A stretch of DNA of 62,948 bases, filler included, from Choristocarpus tenellus KU-1152 (GCA_964200185.2; 11 parts of 11 records of this genome joined end to end with filler, not necessarily neighbours in it), one strand, 5' to 3'; counted from the whole stretch's first letter, positions 36,107 to 50,320 are shown. Translations and numbers: made by a program. Notes: generated by a model from the sequence alone, not told the origin.

Positions 36107-37415
36107 CTGGTAACAATAGAGATGCAATGTTCCTCCAGGTTGTTCCTCTCTCCCCTCGCCTTACGTTTCTGATCTCCCAACAAACAAACAGCCATTGTAC
36201 ATTAATATCAATATCAACATTAGCATTACCATCAACATTAACGCTAAAGTGAGCACATGAGTTAGGGATAGGACAAAGGCTAGGCATTTATCATTCAAAG
36301 AACATTGAGACAGATTGCAACAACAGATAGATGACAACACGCTAGAAGCTGAAGTTCAAGGCAATGAACCCCTTCATAGGGCCACTGTCAACAGTATTCT
36401 CACAGTACCTTGAGGATACTAATCACAGACTCTAGTATAGTTGTTATAAAATAAATAAATAAAGGACCGTGCCATCAATAAGTAAAAAAATAAATACGAG
36501 AATCTCTTGGGCTAGGCCATTGGTGAAATCCAGTATTTCTGATTTCTACCGAATTGGGAGGCCAAAGGGACACCACGACGACACTAAGAAGATACTTTGA
36601 TACTGTTTACTTTGATACTGTTTACTTTGCATCACTACCATGGTAGTTACTTTGAATCACAAGGTACACTCCAAACACCACCAGGAGATTCTTACACCGT
36701 ACTATGCCACGGTATAATCATGGTACTAGTCATACCACGGTATAACCACGGTACTAGTCATACCACGGTATAACCACGGTACTAGTCATACCACGGTATA
36801 ACCACGGTACTAGTCATACCACGGTATAACCACGGTACTGTGCCACAGACCAAATTCAGGATCTATATATTTCCCTCTCTGGGAGGGCTAAGAAGGAGTA
36901 CCAAGACAAGTAAAATCATAAAAAAAGTATGTATATATACCACTACATAGTAATTAAAAAAAAATGAGGGGAGTCGGGGATGTTGAAGGACAAAACCAGT
37001 AAGAATGAGGGCAAAGACACCCTTACCACACCCTTATCAGATCAGTTGAATGACTCTCTTGCCTTGCCGGAAACACTGCTCCTCTATGTAATATATGCAC
37101 ATAATTATGTGTGCATAATGTGCACACCAGTTTCCTTGTAACACCCTCCAATCTCTCCAGAATTTACACAGGACAGAGGGAAGAACTCCTTCACATAATA
37201 AGCACTCTACTACCTCATGAAGATGTGTATCATATCCATATAATATCCGTATCATATCGTATCATATCCGTATCGTATCATATAATATAATATCCATATC
37301 ATATCCGTATCGTATCATATCATATAATATCCTCACCTTCTTACGGAGCCTTCGAGCAGCCCCTCTCCCCATGAAGACTGGCAGCACTGCCTTGAGCCCA
37401 CCAACCTCCACCAAC
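36107..37415 (-). CDS. CTNNBL1: Beta-catenin-like protein 1 (spliceosomal), two internal exons 37415-37337 and 36168-36107
   Basis: Spliced LVEVGGLKAVLPVFMGRGAARRLRKK/KRKARGERNNLEEHCISIVT matches the CTNNBL1 pattern FV..GL...F..FM…EEH..SI; phases are compatible. Confidence 0.7.
36707..36838. repeat. Minisatellite, 28-bp unit x about 4.7
   Basis: CCACGGTATAACCACGGTACTAGTCATA repeated. Confidence 0.95.
37226..37331. repeat. Degenerate (ATATC/GTATC)n microsatellite
   Basis: Pentamer-based run directly after the exon donor. Confidence 0.85.
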
Positions 37416-39469
37416 CTTTTTTGGGGGGGGAGAAAAAAAAAAAACTTCAAAAATCTGGATCTTAAGAGGGCAGGAGCCGCAAGCTGTCCGTGTCACTTCA
37501 CCAATAAAATATCCACATACTTAGAACACTATAAGCAACACACACACACTCTCTCTCTCTCTCTCACACACACACATGTACTCCCAGAACATACACAAAC
37601 ATAAACATGTACTCCCCGAATATATATAAATATACACACATATACATGCACTTCCAGAATATACACATGTATGTATCTATATATATATATCTATGTATCT
37701 CTCTATATATCTCCATGTAGAGTTATATTAACATAATTCCAAGCATATAGCGTAGCATAGTACATAGTTAAAGCAGTCGAAAGCAAGCCCTTGCAAGCAC
37801 ACACATGTAAGGACTACCTGTAGGGTAAAGGCTAAAAGGCAACACGTCACTGTCTCTGTAAGTATTCATAAGCAAAACCACTGTTTCTCTTTCTTCCTCA
37901 GGTGGTACAGTGATATCTCAATAATATTAACCAACTGACCCCCAGTTTAGAACACACCCGCAATTACCAACTAATTGCCTTCATGGCACCTGTCACTGAA
38001 AAAAAACACACAATGTGCTTCAAACACCTTCTGTATTAGCTCTCCCCCCTACTTACCTTTAACTTCTGTTCTTTTCCTCTGTAGAGAGAGACCTACAACA
38101 CCCCCCCCAAAAAAAAAAAAATCAGTGCCTGAAATTATGATGCAGGNNNNNNNNNNNNNNNNNNNNNNNNNNNNNNNNNNNNNNNNNNNNTTAATTAATT
38201 AANNNNNNNNNNNNNNNNNNNNNNNNNNNNNNNNNNNNNNNNNNNNATTGCTTGGTGTCTGTAGAGTGATTGATTAAATTTAGGTGGGGCATGCAAGTCC
38301 TCGTCAAATCAGAAATATTTCCTTTTATATGAGAAAGATTCTCCTTCAACTAATCACTAGTCAAAAGGTTCTGATAACTCAACCACTAATTTATTGTTCC
38401 GTTACTCTGTAACAGTCCGCGTAACTGTCCGATAGAGTTGGAAGAGTCTAATCGAACATATGGTGTGGAAGTTATATATTGACGTAGTGTATAATAGTCA
38501 CAAAATGTGAACGTATTGGTGCCGTATGCTGTACTATTTTGAACTGGGTGCATTGAGGTGTATATACGTTCATTGCCACTGGTGTTTTTTATATATTTTT
38601 CATTGTTTCTTTCGAGACGCGTGAAGAGCAATGTTCCAAAGCATTTAAAGGAATATTCTATTCCACTTGCTGCTTCTATTTGACACGGGCTGGCATCTCT
38701 TGCACTTCGATCCTCATTGCAAGGCATGCCCCTGGAATAACCATTATAACAATACTAATGTCGTGTCCCTTATGTTTTTTTTCTTGTAGCTCGTGCGTGC
38801 GTATACAGATTCCATACTACACACGTGTATAATGCAAACTGCATCTTCGATGCGCCAACAATTCTAATTCCTTCTTCAGACTAGATTGTCTGAAACAGCT
38901 GCCTGCCATTTCTTCTTCCCCAACGACCATACGCACCATCTACACTTACATATTACAAAACAACAACACGAACAACACACACACTTACAATACGTGATGA
39001 ATCAATGTTGCTACGCATAACCAGAGCCGTGGCACTAGTTTAGTAATAGAAATTACCTTGAAAAGACCTCGATTATCGCTTCCCTACACACTGCATCATC
39101 ACGACAATCTAAATAATTCATAGTGCCTCATTTTTTATTCTTGAGCTTGCTGTTCCTATTTTTGTTGCCACTTCTAAATACAGGCAATTATTTACATACA
39201 GTCAGATATAGGACACAACACGTTTGAGTTTCATGCTCATATTCGCTTCACGACAAACCCAATGCATCACACTACAACCCACTCCTCGAACACAAATAAC
39301 ATAATCACAACAGTTCAAGGGGTCAAAACGACCTCAAAAAACAGACGTACATGCACATGCATGTGCACAATTAGTACCAAATATGTTAATCAGGTGATAT
39401 CACCCTTCTTACATTCGCTTATTTATAGCGTATTATGCTTTGCTTTTACTTGTGCGAAATTACATCCAG

Positions 39470-40671
39470 ACGCACAAGGAGCAGGCATTCTACGTGTCCA
39501 CGATATTAACGCGCGCACTTGGCTTCTGGGAAAAAACCACAACAGCACAGGGATTTCCACACTTTGAGAGGAGTTCAATGTGCAGCACGGGTAAGTTTGT
39601 CTTACATTGCAAAGACCATTCTAAAATATTCCACATGTAGGTACGTACTCAACAAATACTTCAAGTACCTAATTGCTGATCCATTTATCGCAGAATGCCT
39701 CTCAAAAACTATTAAATTATCTCTCAAAACGCTGACGAGGTAGTAGTTCCACTACAGAGAAAAGTAAAGGTCTTCCAAAGTTCGATTTTCAGAAAACTTG
39801 AGGTTGCTTTTCAAATTTTGTGTCTGATTTCAAACGTTTACGTGTAAGGGTTATAATAAGTTGTCTTGTATGATGTTGGATCAACGGTTTTGGTTCTCTA
39901 AATTAGAAGAAACCAGAACTAGAAACGGGTACTTCAAATGGAAACCCAGTCCACAAAAGAAACAGAGAGATGGGTGCTGCATCAATCCATGAGATTACAC
40001 AACAAGAGAGAATGATACTACTATTAATATCTCAAATGTCCTTTTCTAGTTTCACACATCTAAATGCACCCTTAAATCGTTTTGATGATCGATCTCTATA
40101 TTTTTGTTGATGATACAAATTCTAAGTGTTTCATTACTGTCCAGATTACAAATTTAATTTGCGTGGCAAGGTCCACCCAAATCACCTCCTTGATTACAGC
40201 AGAGCTCCTCCAGTATTGTAGGTTATTCCTTTGTCGAACTTGCCTGGAAAGAACAGGAGGACTATTTTGAAAAGCAGGGGGCTTGTCTGAGAAAGAACAA
40301 GAGTTGTGGACAAGCTGCCTTCGATTTTTTAGACAGGGTTCTTGTAGATGATCCTTCCAAACAATTGGCAGGGCACGGAGAGAAAGTTAGCAAAGATTTT
40401 CCCTGGAACACGTTCCGACGTCTTTTGCTTGCAGTAGAAGGAGTTACACACACAACACACAAATTGTGTAGCCCTCAGAGGTATGTTGTTGCAAACGGGG
40501 ATGATGATATGTATGTCACTTGGAACTTGGGTGATAGAGTTCATTGATGATGAATTATTAATGCTGGGAGTGAAACGTCTAAGATCTGTGGGAGACCTGC
40601 AGCAGTCCATATTCGAGAAACACCAACCCTTATTCTGCACAATACTAGGCACACAATATAAACCGTTGTGA
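39470..40671 (+). CDS. Possible exons of an unidentified gene or pseudogene (about 39470-39590, 40200-40480, 40540-40671)
   Basis: Open frames with splice-like borders (…ELAWKEQEDYFEKQ…FPWNTFRRLLLAVEG…; EFIDDELLMLGVKRL…KPL*); phases not fully reconciled. Confidence 0.3.
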
Positions 40672-41981
40672 CGATTTTTGTTTTAATACATGGTGCAGTA
40701 AGTATCGGAATGAAGGTGAAATGAGTAGAACATATTGGGTAAGAAGATAGTGTGACGCACTCACATTTGGCAGTGCTCAAATCCGACCGTTTGCATGTTG
40801 GCAATCAACCGTTAAAAGGACGTCTTGGAGAAATGCACATGATTTGGTATTTGTAGTATAGGACAACCTGTTCATAATGAGTGCCGCTGATTCCTTATAT
40901 AAGGACAGGAAATACGGGATGTAGGTAGGGATATTGATGTACTGGTATCAAAGATTTCCTGATGGGGTTGTTTGGTATTGGATCGCCTATTATTGTATCT
41001 TATGATACACCAGGTTTATTCTGTGATTTGGGTTCTATTCTAGATACATTGGTTGAACAGGTAAGCGACAAATGTACCCCAGAGTAAGACTTTGGCAGCC
41101 TGTGTGGACATTGCAAACCCGACATGGTAGCGTATACCCCTGAACTTCACCCCCTCCTCATCAAACCTGATCAGTCAAGAGAAATCAAGACAAGGGGCAC
41201 TTGTAGCATCTAATATACATATTCACATCAAGTCTACCTACACATCATATTCACTGCAGGTCTAAGAAGGATAACTGAACATACCCTGACTATAAGCATC
41301 GGGAAAGAAGGTGCACGGCAAACTCTCTCAACAGTTGTGTATATACCCACATTTCCGATTTTGATCATGTCTCAGACGAAAAACACACAATATTGAGTGG
41401 GAGAAATGAGAGGGCAACAATTGCAGTCGACTCCTGATACGAAACACAAGACCTTCACATAAAAACCAAAGGAAAATGGAATCGATTTAAAAAACGATGT
41501 CGTCGTACATGTTGAAGAAGTGACAACGTGGCCACAATCTACTTTAAAAAAGCACAAAATTGTGAGACACATTTGAAGATTAAAATAAACTCTATTATGA
41601 GTGAACCACAGTTGAGGGGTTCGGATATGTACTACGTAGCACTATTTTGGGGCTCAATGTGACACGTGAACAAACTGATAACTGACTTAAGTGCTGCTTG
41701 ATTTCGGTACCAGGTTTCCCTGACTTGACTTACCACCCCAATCCACGCTGTACCTGCTGCCCTGCATCATACTGAGGAGATTGAAATATCAAGTGTCCGA
41801 ACCGAAGGATTTGCATCAAGCACAACATATGTCCAAATAATTTTTGTTGTGTGATATCTCAATATCACGGACAAAACAATGTGGCGGTGCAAGTTTTTGG
41901 AAACCATGCTGTAGATGCCTAGAAGACAGAAGTCATAGTATTACCATGTAATACGTAAAACCCCATCAATCAGTTTCACAC

Positions 41982-42183
41982 AGTTGTGACCATCAAAATT
42001 GCGCCGGGGTTATTCCCCCGCGTTTTTGCCATTCTTTGATCGGGACATAGTTCCCGTTCACTCGAGTTAGTACACTCCTGCATACAAATCTTCAACCCAT
42101 CTTGACATAAGCGCTCAATTGATATTTACATTGTTGCATACCTCTCGTGGCCTGACAGTGAAAAAAAGCCAAGATTGCCACAG
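41982..42183. repeat. Dispersed repeat D, copy 1
   Basis: Homologous to 61553-61759 (AGTTGTGACC.TCAAAATTGC…TTTGATCGGGACAT…CAGTGAAAAAA…TTGCCACAG). Confidence 0.75.
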
Positions 42184-42906
42184 ACCGCGAAGCTATTGGT
42201 ATCACTTAGGTCGTTGCCTTACGAAAATACCTCTATATACAAAAATGGTTGGTCAACAGAATAATAATATCAGGGGGATAAGTTTTAAACAGAAACATAT
42301 AGAGGCTCCTCCTAATCCGAAAACTCCACAATTCCATCGAGAACAAACTCGACGAATCCCCACCCCATATCCAGCTGATTTGGTGTCTAGAAGGGACCAA
42401 ATCGGGTGAAATCGCCCCTCACTACCTACTCTTATCCTTGGGAACAGGAGAATAGGGACTGAAGACTGGGTTTTATCTTTCAGCGAAGGATGTTTGCTGG
42501 CCGATGAGGGGATAATGCGGTCTGTATGAGAGAAGACGAGGTGGTCGAAGGACTGCCCTACACATAACAAGGTCTCAACCGAGTGGTTAATATAGAGAGG
42601 CAAAGGGGAAAGAGAGTCATAGGTGTAACTGCACAGGAGTTGGAGGAGTGGGTAAGTTAGACCCAAGTGAACATCATGTTTCGGCGAATCTTGGGAACCG
42701 TGTGGCACTGATTGAAACTGTAGACGGCGTTGTCGAAGGCCTTCTTCCTCAAGATCTGCACGAGAAGTTCACCACGCACTGGATTGAGGGTGATGAAAAC
42801 TAGTTGTGCAGGTTCATCAGGAAGACAATATTTCCCAGGAAAAATAAAGTTCCGCAAATTCCCTTACGCATTTTAGTCGCGGTAATAGCTTTGAAACACT
42901 TTACCA

Positions 42907-43088
42907 GACCCAAAGTACCTGAGGGGAGGGGTGGGGGTTTACACCAGGGTGTCCGTTTGGGCCAAAATCAGGAAAAGTGCATTTACATTATCCATCCGAC
43001 TTATGCAACCAAATCACCAAAAAATCGCGACATGAAAAAATTGATCTCAAATGGACAGCCGCCACCCCCCCACCAGATACTTTGACTC
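42907..43088. mobile_element. MITE type A, complete (182 bp)
   Basis: TIRs GACCCAAAGTACCT / AGATACTTTGACTC; flanks ACCA/ACCA. Confidence 0.9.
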
Positions 43089-43761
43089 ACCACACTCTAA
43101 TAAAAAGATGGATGGCTAGACAGGAACATTGTACCAGCTGGTTGTCACGAAATCCTCCGTATCCATTGCTCTAGAGTAGGACCGAACACCAAAATGTTCA
43201 AGGAGTTGTTCTTTTGATATCATGGTTCGGCATTGTAGCCTTGAGACCTAGGTCGAGTCAGTCGAAACGTTTCTGACCTGCTAGCCTCTTGGACTGCCGG
43301 GGAAAAAGTTCCATCCCGTTATCCTATGTAACAACCGGGAGACGAGCAGAGCCTGTTCCCTAGTAAAGAGTGCATCTGGAAGGTAAGTCCTCTTGCATGT
43401 TGCATGGTGGAATGAGGGGGGGGGTTGTTCAGCATATATGTATGTATTTGTTAAGTGATGTAGTGTATGTCCCCACCTCTTCTGGTTTCATACAATTGCT
43501 TCAGGCGTAGTGAAGGGCAGCTATGTGACTCTAGCAGTGGATCATTTTTGTCATCCATGGGAATAGGGACTTGCATGTTTTTCCTTGTCTTCGTTTTGGA
43601 CCCTGCTCAGTTCGCCTTAAAAAAAGCCCATTCTTTCACTGGTATTGCCCTCAACTTCATTCGCCACTGAGTTCCTATATTGTAACTCATTTTTTTGCTA
43701 AATAGTACGGAAGAGATTGCACTACAACTTTGAGTGTAATTGCAGACTACAAGTGTTCATT

Positions 43762-43782
43762 GGGTCAAAGTATCTGGGGGGG
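43762..43782. mobile_element. MITE terminus (type A) at contig end
   Basis: GGGTCAAAGTATCTGGGGGGG. Confidence 0.75.
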
Positions 43783-44080
43783 NNNNNNNNNNNNNNNNNN
43801 NNNNNNNNNNNNNNNNNNNNNNNNNNTTAATTAATTAANNNNNNNNNNNNNNNNNNNNNNNNNNNNNNNNNNNNNNNNNNNNCTATGAGACTATTAAGTA
43901 GGTCAAGTACAAAAAAACTTGAATAAAGAGATCTAAAAAAAAAGCGATACCACTCACAGGCCACAACCTAATTCCACACACAACCCAAAATAAAACCTGC
44001 TTCAATCGCACAATCAGATCTAGCCTACTAAGGAGAGAACATATCTCCCAGCAAACACCACACAGCCTGTGATTACTCAC

Positions 44081-47000
44081 CTCTGGACCACGGCCTCTCC
44101 CTCGTCCTCTGTCCATCCTTCCACCACCCCTGCCTGTCCCACCCCTGCCTCCACTCTCTCTTCGTGGATTGGTCTTCCCTTGTTTCTCCTCGGCTGCAGT
44201 CCTACTCACACTTCTCCCAACCTTCTGGGAGGTGCTGACACTTTTCCCGCCATTGCTACTACTCATCATCACAGGTCGAGCCTTCCCTCCTCCTGCCTTG
44301 CCTACGCCAGCCTTCAACGGCGTCTCCTTGCTTATCTTGGCTCCCACTTTCGTCCCTGTTCCCGCCTTGGCAGGCGTCACTTTTGCCCCTGCTTTCACTT
44401 TGGCCTTCAACACTGCCTTTGGCCCATCAGACTTCCCCCCAACTCCCCCCTTGGAGACAACATCCTTAGATGATACACTGCTCCCCTCACCTTTTTTGCT
44501 GGCCCCCTTGACAGTGCTACCGGCACCAGCATCCTTTGAAGCAGCACCTTCGGCAGAAGCAACTCCTTGTGCTGCGGAGACTCTGCCTGTGGTCTTGACA
44601 TGTACCGAATTCTCAGCTGGTGGAATTCCCATCGACTGCGCAGGGTCTGCTGCTGTGGAAGGAGTCTCAGCAACACTCTCTCCAACCTTACCACTCAGAT
44701 CGATAGTAGATGAAACAGTCACTTCCACACCCACTGGCTCTCCAGCTGACGCACTTTCACCAGTCAACAATACTCTATCTTTACTCTCAACTGTTTCCAT
44801 GCCTGAAGAATCCTTGGCAGTAGTCTCTGCAACAGCCAATGCTTTCTCTGTTGTCACGGAAACACCAGGGGCCGTTGACATATCTGTAGCTGTACTTGGA
44901 TCTTCTTTGGCTTCTGGTGTGCTCCCAGGCTGCCCTGTGGCACCCTCAACACTTTCTGGGGCAGGATCCACAGTCGTAGAGGGCTCTGGAGCTTCCGCAG
45001 CTTCTCCAGCAGACACTTCATTCACGCAGCCCTCTGTACCACTAGCCCCACTGTCTTGGTTGGTCTTGACCGGATCAGCAGAACAGGTCGGGGCCTGGGA
45101 ACCTGCAACAGGGTCAGTATCCTTATCTGTCAACAAGCCTTCCTGCAGAGATGGAGCAGTCACACTAGAGTCCAATGATTCTCTCTTTTCCGTGGAGTCT
45201 TGATTCTCAGTGCTGGCAGTGACATGCACATTGCTGCCGCCTGCTGCTCCATCCTGTTCCGATGCTGATGCAGGGACTGAAGTGGTGGTCGCTGCGCTTG
45301 TGTTGTCTCGAGAAATCTTGTCTTCTTCATCCTCTCCGACTTCCTCATCCAGCATGGGCTCCACTTTCTGTGATAGTGCATTTCCCTGCGCGGCCTCTTT
45401 CTCCACCTCCATCGCTGAAACCTCGCCATCCACCTTTTCACAGTCTTCCTGCGCTACATCTGCCTCTATCTCATCCTTTGTAACCTCCCCCTCGCCCACA
45501 ACATTTTCACCTTCTTCTGCACCCTCAAAATTGGATATGGATTTCTCTGTCAACATCACAGATGAGGCTTCAACATCACCCTTGGACAGTCCTGCCCCCT
45601 GCTGGGCATCTCCTTTTGCCGATAAAACATCCTTAGCCCCCTGCTCAGCATCATCGTTCTCCTGTATAGTGCCTGCAACTCTTGTAATGCAATCCTTTTC
45701 CAACCCCTTGCCTACAATAGAAACAACCTCGGCTCGTCCTTCTGGAACAGCAATGGATGCTGATGTGCTTCCTTCCCCACCAGCTGTGTCTCCTTCTCTG
45801 ATTCCTTCCTCTTTCTGGTGGACTTTCTCCTCAATGTTGTCCTGAGGGGGCACTGAGTCGTTTACTAAACGTTCACCCTGTCTATCCTCACTACTTGTAG
45901 GCTTTGCTGATGTAACAAAACCTGATTGAACTTCTTTGCTTTTCGAATATGAAGCAAACCCCTCTTCCCCTTTTGACCCAGTTGAAGTGGCAGGGACTTG
46001 ACTTGTCCTCGTGACATCATCAGCATTCACAGAGTTTCCCTTGCCTTCGTTACTAGGTGTGACCTGGTGGACAGCAGGTACATCTCCAGCACCACAATCT
46101 TGAGAGATGGAGATGCTTGACCTGTTGGTAGTGGTTGAGTCAAATTCTGCAGCAACAGCAGCAGTTCCATCGGCACCAGCGGGAGCCAGTGCAGCATTGA
46201 CAATATTCTGACCATTCGTTCTTCCTTCTCCCAAAGTAAGTTCCACAGGACTAGGTGCTGCATTTGCCTGAGAGGGAACAGGTGCAGTCCCACCTGTCCG
46301 TAGGTCTTTTTCTGTGCCTTTGAGGTTGACCTGAGAAATGAGCTTCAATTAGCGTGTGGATGAACCCGAGGGTTCTTGGGTGGAGAACTCGCTGCCAGTT
46401 GAGGACCAGTACAACAATGTGCTGCCTCTAGAAGTTGGCCAGGGCTACCAGACAAGATGGTCGATACCAGAAGCCGAACGGTATGACCCAAGGTAATATA
46501 ATCCAGACCAAGAAGTTTACGAGGTTGTATTGAAATGACACTAAACAACGTGGTGGCCCAGTGATATATAGGTTATAGTTGGAATAATCCCTTGTTACAT
46601 CCAAGATTGCGCTATTCGGCAACAGGGTTGTACGATACACCTTCTCTTGGCATCCAACACTTCACCACGTCCTAGAACTTTATCATATGTTTCCAACCAC
46701 CTACTTCCTGGAGGCGTCTAGTAGGTCATGGTTGGGACCAAGACCCAGGGGATGCACACTTGAGGAACTTAAGAATTGAATGCCAACCAAACCGTATCAT
46801 AGACACACAAATGTTATCCCAATAAAATATAACACGAGCGAACCACGTCTGATAATCCATCCTTTTTGATCCTCTGATTAGGGACAGAGAATAAGGACAC
46901 ATAACTGGGCGTCAAGTAGGATGGTGGTCCTCGGTATCGATTCCTCAATACATGTATGAGACGGCGTTAGGAATTCCAACCAGAAATCGGCAGTCCTTCA

Positions 47001-47363
47001 TCCCCATACACATTGACTCCCAGAAACTAGCGGAAGAATATATCCGTACTTTCGCAAAGCAGTACATGATTAACTGCTTTGGACGGCCAGCACTAGTTCC
47101 AATCATTCGTCCATGACGAAGATACTCACCTCTTCACCCACACAAAGCTCACATCGCCAATCTTCACCCGCATTCTCATTACTTGTCCCAGCACAGGCAT
47201 CGTGGTACGCCATTCCACAAGATCCTGCACAAACTAGCAAGTCCCCTGTGCCTTCGCAGGCACTGCAAAAGTCAGGTTTGCCAGATGTGTCATTCCCCTC
47301 CATGGGGGGTTCACCAGAATTACGTCTCACTCTATTGACTGAACGTTCATTCAATGGCAACCT
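44081..47363 (-). CDS. PHD-finger protein with a very large low-complexity exon (PHD exon about 47363-47130; 750-codon exon 46330-44081); 3' end off contig
   Basis: DFCSACEGTGDLLVCAGSCGMAYHDAC…WRCELC is a C4HC3 PHD; the 2250-bp exon bounded by cag| and |gtgagt is acidic, then K/G-rich, then RGG. Confidence 0.8.
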
Positions 47364-47682
47364 CTATCTCTGGAAGTGGCAAACAAAGAGTTGAGAAGGA
47401 AGGAGATAGCCTTCGTTCCCTGCTGTCAGGAGGTTCGTGCCCTTCGGCTTCTATCTTCACAACCTCACAACTTGTTCATCCGGACCTAAACTCTACCAAC
47501 TCTTCCAACCTTCACACCCTACCATAGATGCATTTTGAAGAGATAAAAAAAGAAAAATGAACACATTGACCGAGTCCTAACCCTAACGTGAAGGCGTTGG
47601 TTCACCCCTTCGCTCAACTACATCAATATTCAAAAGGTGTGATAACAACAGTAGTAGTGTTCGCCGATAGAAGGCGTTAGAT

Positions 47683-49427
47683 ATGTCTACGGCAGGGGCT
47701 GGATCTGGTCGTGATGGGGGAGGTAGGGGAACGCAAGGTCGGGGAGGGCGTGGGAGTAAAGGTCGAGGTAGGGTCTCTCATTCCACAGAAGGCAAGGGAT
47801 CGGGCAATCCTCAGGAAAGGCAGGATGGATTGGTACCTGGTGCTGGACTACTTGCCCTCCAAGCTCTGGCGGCAGCTCAGCATAAAGTAACAGGAGAAGG
47901 TGATTCTAGCGCGAGGGATAGGTTATCTGAGACGGTAGCACAAGCGGCTGACCGCGCTGTTGGGGGTCGTGGCAACGAAGCAGGTAGTCGTAACGCAACA
48001 CGAGGGACTGGAGTGCATGGTAGAGGTAAAGGCCGAGGGGGGGGAAAGGGCGCGTCGAAGTCACGTGTAGGATCATTGGGTGGAACGCAAGGATCAAGTG
48101 TTGCCAGGGCTACCGCAATTGCAGTATCTGGGGCTGGTGGAACGACGGATTCGCGGAAGGAGACTCACAGCTCCAGGGCGAGTGCAAAGCGAGGCGCGGG
48201 AAAGGATGGTGATGTCAAGGACTGGGATGAGGTGCGTCATTTAAAATTTTGTGCATACGAACAACTTTGCAACCTAAAATTGATTGCACGCCCCAAAGAT
48301 TGAGGTCAACTATTATGTAATCAATAGTTTTCTGATAATGTATCATCATTTGGGTGACCCTGACTGGCGTCGTTTGGATCCATCTTTGACAAAAAATATC
48401 AAGCTGTTGCCTCAAGTTGTTTTGGTAAGGTTGACAGGACACCGGTTGTAAAGCTCTGCCAGTTATACAGATACGTATCGATTGTGGCACCGAGAGAGTG
48501 GAATTAAGTCAACAAGCAATGTTGTCACTACCTGCAATCCTGACATATGCAGTAACACTTCCTACCCCCCTCTACCCGCCACCGTTACATGTACCATGCA
48601 TCGGCAGGGCGCAAGCGCCAAGGCTGCAGAACGGAGGAAAGCCGAGGAAGACCGGCGCCTGGCCGGGGAGAGAGAGGAGCGGCGAAAGGCAGAAGAAGAG
48701 CGTCGAAAAAAGTGTGAGGAAGATCGTAAGAGGGTCGAGGAGAACAGACGCAGAAGGGAGGCAGAGGAACAAGAACGTTCTCAACGAAAAGAGATGGACG
48801 AGAAGAAACGGGCAGAGCATCGCCGTCGTGCAGAGGAGAGACGAAAGAAAGCGGAGTTAGAAGCTGAGAGGAAGGCGAATGAAGAAAGGAAGGCTGAAGA
48901 GAGGAGAAGAGAGCAGCAGAGGAGGGCTGAGGAGGAGAGTAGGAGGGCTGAAGAGGAGGAGAGGCGAAGGAAGGTAGGTACAGGGGGGCTAGTAGAAGGC
49001 TGCTCCACAGCACTGTGCAGACCTGAGGTGCAGAAGTACAGATACGTGTAATTCAAAGGTCTTCTCGCAAGGTCTGTTGCGTTGTGTTGTTCTCATGGTA
49101 CAGCAAAAATCTTCCTCCCTCTTGTTGTCATTTGCTGTCCTACTGTTGCACCTTCTGTCGCGGTTATCCTTAGCCCTATCCCTGGCCTTGACCCTATCTA
49201 CGGCTAACCTATCCTCACTCCTTGTTATCATCTCCTAAGCTCGCATGATCTAATCTGACAATGACTTTTGCGTATTTGTGTGGGTGGGTGTTTCTGGGGG
49301 GGGGGGGGGGGGGGGGAGGGGGGGGGGGGGGGGGGGGCGGGGTGGGGGGGNNNNNNNNNNCTCTCCCTTCCTCTTTTTTTCTCCCTCTTAGGTGGTATGG
49401 TTTTTTGTGGTTTTTTTTTTTGGGGGT

Positions 49428-49467
<40 letters not shown>

Positions 49468-50320
49468 TATAGGAGGAGGAGGACAACCGGATTCGTCGAG
49501 AGCTTGAAGCTCAATTGGCGGCAGTCTCTCAACTTGAGGTCATGAAGAAGGATGAGCAAGAAAGGCGAGGGGTGTCAGGAGTCTTGGTGTAGGGTTAGGG
49601 TGGATGACCAGAGACCAGAGATGTGGGGGTTTGTCAGGCTAGAGTTGGAATATTTTGTTATGATAGTGGTTTACTGGAAACAGGGTATTTTCCTCTGTGA
49701 GACAAAATGCCTGCTTTGGGGTGCACAGGGTCTCTGTTTCTGTTTTCAGGAAGACCGGAAGAGAAAGTACGCACTGTTAACGTTGGTGATGAACGGTGCT
49801 TGCAACTGGTGGTTATTTTAGCATCAGTGGGAGTTGCACAACGGGTGGAAGATGAATGGAGAGGCATTTGTGACAATGCCAAGAAAATTTCCTTGAGCTC
49901 GTCAATAATGTTTTTGTTATTTTCAAGTCCGAAGGTGTTTTCCTTGTCATGTTTTCTTGTACTCGGTGACTTACAGCCACTTTTTATTATTGTTGTTATT
50001 ATTATTATTATCTAGCTTCTGTTGTGCGTTCAGGCCGCTGTACGGCTCTCCTCTCGCTCCCCTCCCCCCGCCCCCCAATGGCTGCATTCGTGAATGCCTT
50101 TCGTTGTCACTACTCCCGCATCCGCGAACTGTATCGTCTGGTGTTATGCTGTTGTTTTCGTGACAAGTTTCTATCGCCTATGTTTGACCGCGGTGTGGAC
50201 AGGAGGGAGTTGCGTGCCAAGCATACAATGGAGGCGTTGCAGGCATCAAGAGCCGCTCACGAGTCCAACAAATCCAGGCTGAAATCAGACCTCAAGCGGA
50301 CTACTGCCTTCACCAAGAAG
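47683..50320 (+). CDS. UPF2: Regulator of nonsense transcripts 2 (UPF2), 5' exons 47683-48231, 48608-48973, 49473-49564, 50203-50320
   Basis: Phase-compatible exons; charged E/R/K helix followed by RRELRAKH…RLKSDLKRTTAFTKK, matching the start of UPF2 MIF4G-1 (L.S.LKK.TAF.KK). Confidence 0.75.

Noticed and set aside
44169-45845. Long plus-strand ORFs (344 aa, 211 aa)
   Set aside because: Antisense shadows of the 750-codon minus-strand exon.
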